This document shows, one piece after another, positions 28,481 to 40,842 of a stretch of 64,000 bases of DNA. Under the pieces are notes generated by a model that worked only from the letters and a program-made list of their open reading frames with translations, ran no database searches and was not told the DNA's origin. Within the stretch, counting starts at the first letter, position 1. Each line of letters begins with the position of its first letter. This DNA comes from Octopus vulgaris. Lineage: Eukaryota. Both the position numbers and the translations under genes were made by a program. The stretch is from positions 42,222,001 through 42,286,000 of the forward strand of contig OX597831.1 in the NCBI GenBank assembly GCA_951406725.2, given 5' to 3'.

Positions 28481-29703
28481 GTAAGTAAAAATTTTAGAAA
28501 ATTCTCTTCACAAAGTTATAGATCCAGACGTATAACTATGTATTTTATCTGGCATCTTTTGAGTGTTGGGCGTCATGGAGGCAAGGTGGCTGTGAAAAGC
28601 ATTTTACGAGTGTTGGGCCTCACAGAGGCAACAACGAATGACCGAGACCTTTGGCATTATGCTGTTCTTGAGAAAAGACTCATCAAGCCAAGTAAAATCA
28701 CGATTGTGGCAGATACTGGTGTCATGCAAATGGCACCCATACCAGTGGCACATAAAAGCATTCATTTACACTCTCAGTGGTTGGCATTAGGAAAGGCATC
28801 TAGCTGTAGTAACCATGCCAAATCAGACTGGAGTCTGGTGCTGCCTTCCAGCTGCCAGCCCTTGTCAAACAGACATTAAATGATGATGGTGATGATGATG
28901 ATGATGATGATAACTCATTCAGTCTTTGAACTTTGGATTTAAAAGTTTAGAAGAGTTCTGAACAAATGTTTTATAGAGGATTGTAATGTCAATATGAAGC
29001 AATTCGATGGCCATTTCTGGAGTCCATTAGTCAGCAGGTATACATACATGTATACATACATATGTGTGTTTTTGTGTCTGTGTTTGTTCCCTACCACCAC
29101 TTGACAACTGGTGTTGGTGTGTTTATGTCCCTGTAACTCTTTTGCAAAAGAGATCAATAGAATAGGTACCAGGCTTAAAAAGAAATTAAGCACTGGGGTT
29201 GACTAGTTTGACTAAAATGTAAGGTGATGCCCCAGCATGGCCGCAGTCTAATGACTGAAACAAGTAAATATATATATGTGTATGTATGTATGTATGTATG
29301 TATGTATGTATGTATGTATGTGTGTGTGAGTGTGTGTATGTTTGTATGTCTGGATGTGTGCATGTATCTGTGTGTGTGTGTGTGTGACTCGTCTTGACAT
29401 TGCGTAATAGTTGGAAATGAGTGTCACTGTTGTCAAAGCAGTGTTATTCATTTCCAGCCTTAATGTGAAAATGTGTCTGGCTATGGGGAAATGTTACCTT
29501 GCTCGGAAACAGGTGAGGGCTGGGGACTTGAAGAGCGCTGGCCCTCAATAAATTCTGGCCAGTCTATGCAAGCATGTAAAATTGGACGATAAAAGTTTAT
29601 GATGATGATGAGATGACTTTGTTTAGAAAGCATTTACAAGTGATGAAAGTTGATAGAATTAATCTCACCACCACCACCTCTAGGCCCTTAGGTGCATTTA
29701 GAG

Positions 29704-30025
29704 CAGCGCAGGCCAACCTGAGGCCTGCAGGTCGCATGCGGCCTGCTGACTTTTATCTTGCGGTCCACTTGGTACGTTCCTGAAATGAGTTTATTTAAAC
29801 AAGCATTTAAAAAATTTTATCAAAAACTAAAGATGGTAATGAAAAGTAAAAAGAAAGATGCTACTGTTTTTGTAACAATAATATTTCATGTTGTATCAAT
29901 GATTGTTCGTTCATTATTGTAATGAGAAAACAAAATGCTTTCAATTCTATCAGTATACAAGTGGCCCTCAAAAAACTTTCTGTGATTAGAGTGTCCTACG
30001 AAGTAATTCCAGTTGGCCAGGCTTG
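29704..30025. mobile_element. hAT-type MITE
   Basis: Exact 8-bp TSD ATTTAGAG (29696-29703 and 30026-30033). TIR CAGCGCAGGCCAAC / GTTGGCCAGGCTTG. Confidence 0.8.
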
Positions 30026-30779
30026 ATTTAGAGTCTACTCAGTTTGGAGCATTTGCAAAGGTCCCTAATTTGAGCATGACCTATGAATTATGATTTCCTT
30101 CATTTCCCTATCACCAGTTTTTAGAGGTCTTCAAAAAGATCTTGGGTTGCTGCCCTTGGCTAAGCCAGTGAAAAGAAAAATCCCTCTTTCTTTATGACTC
30201 CTTTTTCCATGTTTCTTTTTGTCTCTCTCTCTCTCTCTGTCTTCTCACTCTCTCTTTGTCTACTCTCTCTCTCTTTGTCTCCTGTCTATCTGTTTCTGTC
30301 TGTCTCTCCTCTATGTCTTCTCTCTGTCCCCATTTTTGTTTATTGCCTCTCTGTTTGTCTCCTCTCTCTTTTTGTCTCCTCTCTCTTTCTGTCTCCTTTC
30401 TCTCTCTCTCTCTGTTTGTCTCCTTTTTCTCTGTCTCCTCTCTGTCTCTCTCTCTTTGTCTCCCATCTTTCTCTCTCTGTTTATCTCCCCTTACTCTCTG
30501 TCTCCTCTCTTTTTGTATCCTTTCACTTGCTCTCTCTCTCTCTCTCTTTCTCCTTTTCCCCCCCTCTCTCTCTCTTGTCTCCCCCCCTATCTCTCTCTCT
30601 TGTCTCCTCTTTCTCTCAATCATGCAGCATTACAAAGGTATGTAACACAGCTTGATAGAGAGATAAACATTCTCAGATAAAGCAAAATCACGAAGTCTGT
30701 TAGATATCATTTCTATTTTAATCTCATTTTACCTTGAGATCATGAATTGAGAGGCAAGTTAGAAATTTTGAAGTTTGCT

Positions 30780-31045
30780 TATACTTTTGGCATAGCCCAA
30801 ACCAGTTGGGCATCTGCCAAGATCACTTGGAGATTGAATGCATTCCACCAGCGTTATCCATGCGGAATACTCAAGATCACCTCCAGGGATAAAATCACAA
30901 ACTCTGAAGTCCTGACAAGGGTCAATCTGCACAGCCTGCAGGAGATTGTGGTCGATAGAAGAGGGAGACTTGCACATCGATGCTTCCAGCTGCCAGAAGA
31001 ATGTATACCTAAAGAGCTATAAAATAGGCACCTTGGTGGTAAGAT
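30780..31045 (+). mobile_element. RTE-clade LINE fragment (region C-terminal to the RT core)
   Basis: Translation RLNAFHQRYPCGILKITSRDKITNSEVLTRVNLHSLQEIVVDRRGRLAHRCFQLPEECIPKEL matches the RTE-type pattern FHQRCLR.IL.I.W.D.ITN.EVL.R...R.R..GH..R.P..R.PK. Confidence 0.75.
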
Positions 31046-33388
31046 GTGATTTTTGATGAAGATTTGGCTGTTATTACTAGCAGGTCAGGTGATCACGTAG
31101 ATAAGTATCTGAAGAATTTTGATACTTGTCTGGAATCTGACAGTGTTGATAACCCAGAACCCGGGCTGAGTGTTTCACTGGAAATACCCTATCTTTATAC
31201 CCTGCCAGGACTTTGGATATTTGGTAGCGGTTCATCAAATGTGATCAACAGAAAAATTCTCAGACTTAAAAATAATTATTGGGGTCAACTAAAAATATCT
31301 GGTCAAGGTAGTGCTCCAGTATGGTCACAGTCCAATGACTGAAATGATTAAAAGAGAGATAAAAGATTAATTATCTATATCTCTGAATCACTAATTATAA
31401 TAATTCATTATAACTGCATAGTCTCTAATCATCTGAACTACCAGAAGAACTTACAAGAATTCACAGATGGCATGTGTTGTTAGAATACCAATGAATTAAC
31501 TGAAGAGTCCAGTCCACAGTTCATGTCTTGCCACCAGTGTTGTACTCTGTCTCTGATAAGAACTTTCGATTAGCAACAACGGCATTGTTTCCTTTTGTTG
31601 TAAATTTTTGATAGAATCTACAAGGACATTGCATAATCTGGAGGAAGTATGTGGAAGCAGACATTGCGGTGTGGATCAGAAGTTCTGCTTCAAAACCCCA
31701 AGGTTGTGGGGTTTGATCTTGCAACACGGCGCTATGGGCAGGTGTCTTCTGTCATAGACTTAAGTTGACCAGTACCTTGCCATTTCTCCTCTGTGCTGTT
31801 CTCCATCATTAACACCTTGCTTATCTGCTATCGCCCTTGATACTCTCACATATCTACTGCAACCCCTGCTCCCTCCCTTCAAGCCTCCCAAAACGCTTCT
31901 GTATTTCTCTCCATTCATTTGCTGCAATGGCCTCTATCCTGAGCATTCATCCAGTCCAAACAACTGTATCACCTTACCTATTTCTCACCACCTGCAATGT
32001 CTTTAAGGTATCTTCTGGTACATCTTTACCATCATCTCTAACACTATCTTTAGCTTACTGTCAAACTCCCTTTCCTGTCTCTTCCAACTGAGGTATCCAT
32101 GTGCCTCCTCTACAGCAAGACACCTATCTCTGTCCCTCTGTAACTTTAATCTCTCATCAACTGGTACAAAACTGCCTCCACCTCAATAATACTTTTCTTT
32201 CCCAGTTGAAGGATTTTTGTCTTCTCAGTGATGGTGCCACATGAAAGGCACTGGTGGTGGTGCCATTAGGAAGGGTATCCAGCCACAGAAAGCATGCCAA
32301 AATAGTGAAGCTCCTGGTTTCCTTGGCATATAGGTTCCCCACCTGGATGGAACGCCGGTGAGCTGCTAGATACAGGAGGAAAGAGTGAGAGAAAGTTGTG
32401 GCGAAAGAGTCAGCAGAAGTTCGCCATTACCTTCTGCCGGAGTTGAATGGAGCTTAGGTGTTTCGCTCATAAACACACACATCGCATGGTCTGAGATTTG
32501 AACCCGTGATCCCTCGACTGCGAGTCTGCTGCTCTAATCACTAGGCCATGTGCCTCCACTTTGAACCAGAGTACTTTTGTAATATTTGTACTGCCCATGT
32601 TACACAGCTTCATCCTTGACACTCTCTCATTGTAACATTCAAGTGAATGTGTGGTCGACTATTTGGGAAATTATAACTTATAATGCAGTTCACCAATTAT
32701 GTCATAAAATAGAAAATATGTTTTTTTTTCTATCATTGTTGTAGTTATTTTATAATTGTAAATTGAAATCTTGTCATGGATGAACTAACTTCTGAAAAGT
32801 AGACTGGATACTGACAATAGCAATTATTATGAAAAGTCTGGGAACAAGTAGTTGATTATCAAGTATTTGTTGCATCAGTGTTTCTCATTCATTTGTGTTT
32901 TTAATATACAACATTTATGCTAACATGGGAAGGCAAATGTTAAACTTTGGCTGTGTGGTTAAGATGCCAACTTTGCAGTCGCATGGTTTTTGGGTTCAGT
33001 CCCACTTTATGACACCCCGGGCAAGTGTCTTCTACTATAACTCCAGGCTGACCAGTGCATTGTGAGTGAATTTGGTAGAGGGAAAATGTGTTAGCCCATC
33101 AAATGTATATATGTATGTTTTTGTGTCCCCCTCCCTGCTAGTCATTGCTTGACAAATGGTGTTGGTTTGTTTACAACTTTGTAACTTAGCGTTTTGACAA
33201 AAGAGGCAAATAGAATAAGTACCAAGCTGTAAGAAAGAAAAAAATAAGTATTGTGGGGTGATTTGTTTGACTAAACCCTTAAAGGTGGTGTCCCAGCTTG
33301 GCTGCAGTCCAATGATTGAAACAAGATATAAGACTAAATGAATGAAATAAAATGAATGAAAACAGTGTGATAAAGATGTGTTATATTG

Positions 33389-33617
33389 TTAACCCTTTCA
33401 ATACCAACCCGGTTGAAACTGGCTCTGGCTCTGAATACAAATGTCTTGTTTTCATGAGTTTTGAATTAAAATCTTCCACCAAACTTTAATCACAATTTAT
33501 GTTCCTAACACTAGCTGAATGATAACAAAGTTATTTTACTAAATTCTTTGTTATATTTCAAAGTAATTGAAAGAAACACAGAGCATCTCAAAATAAATAC
33601 AGTAACAAATGGGTTAA
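33389..33617. mobile_element. TTAA-flanked (piggyBac-like) MITE; related elements about 7083-7310, 11175-11403, 27405-27632, 41550-41768
   Basis: TTAACCCTTT...(A/T)GGGTTAA termini, about 225 bp. The copy at 11175-11403 is the reverse complement of this one. Confidence 0.7.
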
Positions 33618-36124
33618 AGAGATTTATTATTTTTCAGACTGTTAACACTATTAATGTCTTCTTCGGAGAGTTTAGACTTTTCTTTTTTTGTAAATAGGTA
33701 CATATATGGCTATGTGGTTAAGAAGCTTGCTTTCTAACCACATGGTTTCAAGTTCAGTCCCACTACACAGCTCCTAGGGCAAGTGTCCTCTACTATAGCT
33801 CTAGGCTGACCAATGCTTTGTGAGTGAATTTGATAGACAGAAACTGGTGGGGCAGGGTGAGACCTGATGTGTGTGTGTTGTGTACATGTGTGTTTGTTTG
33901 CTTCCCTGCCACTGTTTAGCTTATGCCCCTGTTGCTAAGCAATTTGGAAAAAGAGACTGATACAATAAGTAGCAGATTAAAAAAAAAGTATTAGTATCAA
34001 TTTGTTCAACTAAACCTATCCTAATGATGGCCTAGCATGGCCAGAGTCCAGTGACTTGAACAAGTAAAAGACAAAAAAACAAAAGATACTTCCACCCTGT
34101 TGCAATTGACTTATTGTCTCATTGGGTATCTTAATTGTGGATAAAGGAATCTTGTGATCGATTAGTTTTCATGACAAGTATTCCAACTGTTTGATCAACT
34201 GACCTGCCTGCACATTGGTTTATGGTATAAGTGGTTGAGTACTCCACAGATACTTGCACATTTAATGCAATCCCCATGTAGAATCAGACAAAGTGAGTGA
34301 TATGGAATGAGATGACTGGTTGCCTCTGGACACTAGTGCTTGGCATGGCTGGCTGGTTGGACATTCAGCCTGTTTTAGCTACACTCTGTTTTGGTGCTGG
34401 AGGCAAGCACACACCAACACACACTTGCACAACTATGTATGTGTAGAAATATACATGTATGGCAAGATGGACTGAGAAGGAGAGAGTCTGTGCAATTTAT
34501 TTATTGAACATAACTGGCAAACATTTATCCTTTCTGTGTGCTGCTGGACTGGCTCCTGTGCAGGTGGCACATGAAAAACACTATTTGAGCATGGCTGTTG
34601 CCAGTACTACCTGACTGTCCCTTGTGCCGGTGGCACGTAAAAGCACCCACTACACTCTCGGAGTGGTTGGCATTAGGAAGGGCATCCAGCTGTAGAAACT
34701 CTGCCAGATCAGATTGGAGCCTGGTGCAGCCATTTGGTTCGCCAGTCCTCAGTCAAATCGTCCAACCCATGCTAGCATGGAAAGCGGCCGTTAAACAATG
34801 ATGATGATGATGATGCATAATGACAAGGATGGTTATGTACATAGATTGAGAGAAAGGGAGTAGGGGGAAAGACGGGGAGAAAGGGAAGAGGGTGAGAGAG
34901 AGGGAGAATCATTAAAACAGTCTGATGTCAAATAAGTCAGTATCGAATCAGGGACACCAAATAGGCAGTACCAAAACAGCTGTGCCATGAAAAATTTCAT
35001 ACCCTGTACCACAGGTCTGGCCCTTTGAATTGAGGGTACAACCCATGAGACTGGCTTCCACACAGTTTCCATCTATGTCATTTCACCTACATAGCCTAGG
35101 TTGACCTATGGCCATGATAAAAGAGAGTTGTCCTGTAATACAGTGCTGTGGGGTCAAACCCAGGACCTCATGGTTGCAAAGCAAACTTCTTACTGACTCG
35201 GCCATTCCTATGCTCATTGCATATATTGTAGCAGATTAGATATGAACCAGGAACCATTAATTTTAAATCAAGAATAATGATGCAAATATATTCATCCACT
35301 TGACAGAGGATATATATGAGGGGGTGGTGAAAAGTTACTGGCTTTGGGTAAAAGAAAATACATGAGGATCAGTTAATTATAATTCTATACAACATATTCC
35401 CCTCAAAGATTCACGCACATATTGCAGTGGTCCTTCAGTTATTCTAAACCCTATAAAAGATCTCAGAAGATTGGGCCTCCAACCAGTCCTTTTGTGATAT
35501 CCTTAAAGCCAGGAACTTTGAAACACCCCCTCATATCTTCCTTAATATATCTATTGTTTGGTTAAGCTGTTTGCTCTTATGTAGCATTGTCTGTTGACGA
35601 CATTTTCCCACTCTACTTGACTCTAGACTGCTTCTTCTACTTCTCTCCATTTGGAAACCTGGTTTTTCAGCTCTGACTGATAGATTTCCAACTGATAAGG
35701 GAACCGCTCCAAGATTTTGTTGGGTTTGAATTCTTATTAATGCTTCTGTAACTTTGTATTTTCCTATGTAGTGATGTTGGCCCTACACAAGCCCATTTTT
35801 ACCTGAGGGAAGAAGTGGTTCATATTAATCTGGCCTCTGTCCGTTGACATGGCCAGTATGGGAGCTTGCAGTCCATTGGCATAGCTCTCAGGCACATTGA
35901 AGTATATAAGCCACCACACCCCAACAAGGACTAGAGCTTGTGTTAGACTTTATTGTTTGGTAGTATTGGCCAACCAAAACCTTGTGAGGGGGTTTAGTAG
36001 ACAGAGACTGTGTGGAAGCTTCTCATACTTATATATACTTCTGGTCATTCCAAAACATAACTACATGTGGACAGTTGGCGATTTTTTTTTCTCTTCCTTT
36101 TCTTTTGGATTTTCCTACGTCTTC

Positions 36125-36161
36125 TGTTACCGAAGAAGAGCTTTGCTCGAAATGTAAAACA
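36125..36161 (+). ncRNA. Minimal hammerhead-like motif with extra A after the core
   Basis: TGTTA-CCGAAGA-A-GAGC-TTT-GCTC-GAAA-TGTA-AAACA, inside an approx. 210-bp element (36065-36275). A related fragment lies inverted at about 55780-55870. Confidence 0.5.
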
Positions 36162-38871
36162 ACCACTTTTTCTTCCCTTCTCTGAGCATCTTATTAATAA
36201 TTTGCATGTACCACATCCTCACATTGTTGTTTTTTTCTTGTCTTTTTTCTCCGTTTTTTTTTTTATTAACTATGCACACACACACATACACATATATATA
36301 TATGCCTTTGCCCATATGCATGTATGTATACATACACACACACACCACCATCATCATTTAATGTCTGTCTTCCATGCTGGCATGGATTGGATGGTTTGAC
36401 AAGATCAGATGACCCAAAGATCTGTCCTAAGCTTCATTGTCTGCTTTGGCATGGTTTTTATGGCTGGATGCCAACCATTTTACAGACACACACACATATG
36501 CACACATATGCACACATACGCACACATACACACACACATAGACACACACACATAGACACACACACACACACACACACACACTTGTGTTTGTCTCCATCCC
36601 CACCACTTGACAAGTGATGTCGGTTTGTTTACATCCCTGAAACTTAGTGGTTTGACAAAGAAACCAATGCAACAAGTACTAAACATCAAAAAGAAAGTAC
36701 TGGGTCAGTTGTTTTTGACTAAAACTCTCCAAGATGCTGACCCAGCATGGCTGCTGTCCATTGACTGAAGCTAGTAAAAGATGAAGGATAAAATTCAAGC
36801 TGAAAGAACATTATTATTGTTGTTGCTCATTTGTTTGTAATTAGTTGTTAAATCTGCTGATTGGTTCCTCCATGACTGGTTGCTTAATTAACGTTCCTGT
36901 TTGTACAAACATTTGATATTTAGCAGCTGACACACGACACATACATGCATGCAAGTACATGGAAACACACACACACGCATGCAATTACTTATTTATGCAA
37001 GATGTGCATGCTCACACATTTATGCAACATATGCACACAACTCGTACACATGCTCAGTGATGCAACATCTATGCATAGACATGCAAGCGTTTATTGATGC
37101 AAGATAAACACACACACATACACACACATAACACAAGCACACAAATGCTCACTGATGCAGCACATATGCATATACACATGCACAGATTTTTGCAATGCAT
37201 ACACACACACAACTCAAATGCACATGCTCGGTGATGCAACATATATGCACACACATGCAAGCGCTTATTGATACAAGATAAATGTATGCACTTAACACAA
37301 GCACACATATACTCATTGATGCAGTGCATATGTATACACACATGCACAAATTTGTGCAACACATACACACAACTGAAACACACATGCACAGTGATGCAAC
37401 ATATATGCACACACATGCAAGCATTTATTGATGCAAGATAAACATACACACATAACTCATGCTCGGTGATGCTCACTGATGCTGCACACATTCATACAGA
37501 TTTTTGCAACTTGTGCACACACACCTGATACACATTAGTACTCACTGATGCACACACACACATACACACAAATATTCATGCATTTATTTATTTATTTATT
37601 TGTACATAAACATTTCATGCACATGCTCATTGGTATAGCACACATGCACACAACAAAGCTGCTTGCTTATTGACATAACACATGCATAAACACTCGGAAT
37701 ACATGTATAGACACTCACATGTACACATGCATACACACACATCCAACACAGTGTTTCAATACACACTACACCCTTGCACATACTCAACATACATACATAC
37801 AAACAGTCACAGAACACATGCATATACCTGCAGAACACATACACACACACTCAACACAGTGCTTGCACTCATACTCACATACACACTCAACACAGTGTAT
37901 GCACATATTCACACACACACAACATAGTGTACACATACACACATGCATACACACTATTGACACAATGTACACATGCCTTCACACTACATGTATGTGTACA
38001 GTGTGTCAATAGTGTGTATGCATGTATGCACATGCATATATACATGTATGCACATGCATATATACATGTATGTACATGTATATACACATGCATTGCACAA
38101 GCATATACACATGTATGCATATGCATATACATCTACACACCTGCACACTCACAAAAACACAACGCACACATACACACCATACCTGCATAACATACATACA
38201 CACATCACAACACACACACATACACTCAACACAATGTGCAAATTGCAATATGCACACACACACATGCTGCTGCTGCTACTATTACTACTACTACTACTAC
38301 TACACACAAACTTCCCCCATTTGTTCCCTAACTCCATAAAATTGATATGTATAACGTATTCCATTATTTCCAACTATTGTCATTGTTGTGTCTTGTTTTT
38401 ATTATCTCTGCAATTTATTTCCATTCTTTAGAATCTTCCAGTTAATTTCTCATCAGTATTGGTTCTGCCACACACCTTGCATAATTGAAACTAGAAATTG
38501 ATCATTATTATTTTCTTTTCCTTGCTAATTTCTAGAATTTGAATTGCATAAACACACACAAATAAATAAATAAATAAAGATAATAAAAAAAAAAAACAAC
38601 CCTTCTTAATAATTTGAATTACATAAATGAAAAAGAAAAACTAAAAATATCTGCATCCCCCAAAATGTGAAATTACAAGAAGCAAAGAAAAAATACATGT
38701 AAAATATAATGGGTATTAAATGGTATAGGCAGTGCTCCAGCTTGGTCTAAGTCCAGAGAACTAAGACTATGTTAAAAGAAAATAAACATTTTTTTAATGT
38801 TAGTCTGAGGAGTGGTAGAAATGTTAATATGCTTTCCCAACCATTCTTTCTCTCCTTCTTGCTGCAGGTGA

Positions 38872-39000
38872 AGCTGTGAGCTTCATCCATTAAGATGGTG
38901 TAATAGTGTCATCATCATCGTTTAACGTCCGCTTTCCATGCTGACGTTAAACGATGATGATGACACTATTACACCATCTTAATGGATGAAGCTCACAGCT
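38872..39000. repeat. Perfect 58-bp inverted repeat with 13-nt loop
   Basis: 38872-38929 is the exact reverse complement of 38943-39000. Confidence 0.95.
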
Positions 39001-39242
39001 AGTGTATTGTGTCTAATCTTTATATTCCATTGGCCAAATAGCTAACTATATGTATGTATGTATGTAGACAAGGGGGTGCTGAAAAGTTTCTGGCTTTATG
39101 GGTATTGTGTAAGGCCTGGTTGGAGGCCTAACCTTCTGAGTTCTTTTACGGGGCTTAGAAAATCTGACTTTGCCTTTCATCGTTTTGGGGTCGATACAAT
39201 AAAATACCAGTCAAACACTGGGGTTGATGTAATTGACTAGCC

Positions 39243-39557
39243 CAGGAGTTGGGGAACTTTTTTAGCCAATTATACCAAAATATATTTATTTACACCAATG
39301 TTACCCCTTTGGTTTGAAAGGAAGAAAATCATAGATTCTTTGAATTCAAAAGATCTATTGAATCTATTTGGCATGGCATCTCCTAAACATGTCCATTACA
39401 TTGGACAGATGCAGTGTTGTCAGAAGAAAAATTTCTGTTGTAACAAGGAACACGTTTTTTTTATATAATTTTACTTACATCTAATGAGTCCTCATTACCC
39501 CCAAGGATTTCATTTTTACCCCACTTAGGGTAATTTACTCTGGTTTGCCGAACCCTG
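39243..39557. mobile_element. hAT-type MITE inserted into a SINE
   Basis: Exact 8-bp TSD GACTAGCC (39235-39242 and 39558-39565). TIR CAGGAGTTGGGGAAC / GTTTGCCGAACCCTG. Confidence 0.85.
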
Positions 39558-40501
39558 GACTAGCCCCTCTGTTCTTCAGAATTTCAGCCCTTGTACCTAT
39601 TGTAGAAAGAATTATTATTGTATGTTTTGGTCAGAGACTGAAAAATAAGAATGATTAATATAGTTTTAAGCTGGTCATTGTAATGTATCCTGCTTTGTAA
39701 ACTTCATGTTGAGTCAGATGCAAGTTAGTAATAAAAATCTATATAATTCTAGGCCTTACAACTTTGGCCATACATGCATCTGCTATTGTTACTATGGTTA
39801 CAGAGTAGGAAATAGCTTGGAGAAAATCCATGGTGGATTAGTTAGTTCTGGTGAAAATTAATTGCTGTCAGTTTGTATCTGTTCTTAAGTTTAAAGAAAG
39901 GCAGTTAGAGAGAATAGGTTTACTGGTTCGCTTTGTATGTTATTTTGATATTGTTTCTGCCGGAAGCAGAATAGTTTCTATATAGGTTGCTTTTTTTCTA
40001 CCAAGTCAATATATTATCATCATCACCACCACCAGCATTGTTGTCATTTCTGGTCATTGTCATCATCATCATCATACAGATATATGATGGTGTACAATCT
40101 TTATTACAAATGGGTATTGAGCACTTGTTTTGGTTCATAGAAACAATAACCTAATCTCTCTCACTCTCTCTCTTTCTTGCATTTTTTTATCTTGTACTTC
40201 TTTCAGTCATTGGACTGTGACCATGCTGGGATACTGCCTTGAAGGGTTTAGTCAAATAAATCAACCCCAATACTTATTTTTAAGCCTGGTACTTTTTCTG
40301 TTGGTCTCCTTTGTTGAACTGTTAAGTTATCGGGACATAGGCCAAACTTGGTTGTCACTCAGTGGTGGTGGAGGCCAAACACAAGCACGTGCACACACAC
40401 ACACACACACACACACATGGCAGTCCATAGCTCCAAGAGGCCATCACCTCTAGCTAGCTATGAACAGACGGTCAGCAGTGACACCTGCTGGGTTCGGCTG
40501 C

Positions 40502-40544
40502 TCAACATTGATAAGGGGCAAATACCCCGAAACTAGTCTGTAGA
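40502..40544 (+). ncRNA. Minimal type I hammerhead ribozyme-like motif (U3-A8 core variant)
   Basis: TCAACA-TTGATAA-GGGG-CAAATA-CCCC-GAAA-CTAG-TC-TGTAGA. Stem I pairs 5/6, stem II is a perfect 4-bp GC stem, stem III is palindromic (ACTAGT), and the cleavage triplet is GUC. Confidence 0.7.
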
Positions 40545-40810
40545 TGCCAGACCAGCAAGGGGATGTGGCTGACCACCCCCCCCCGTTTGAAGGTTGTAAT
40601 GGATATGGGTTCGTATGTTACATAGCTAGCTAGAGGTGATGGTCTCTCGGAGCTAATCAATGGTAGCATTCATCCTATTTTCCTGGACTACCATGGTGAT
40701 AACTATTAATATCCAGTACCGCTGCCATAGTCTCCTATAGAGAGACTTAGAGATATTAATCTTTCTATATATATATGCCTATATATATATATATATATAT
40801 ATATATCATC

Positions 40811-40842
<32 letters not shown>

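Noticed and set aside
35688-35723. CCAA-CTGATAA-GGGA..CTCC-AAGA..TTGG hammerhead-like string
   Set aside because: Uncompensated G8A, no GAAA and no clear UH site. Too degenerate to call.
38844-38900. Strong acceptor-like TTCTTTCTCTCCTTCTTGCTGCAG just before the perfect palindrome (possible poison exon; TG|G TGA would stop at once)
   Set aside because: No convincing donor nearby and no transcript evidence. Such motifs arise by chance in long introns.
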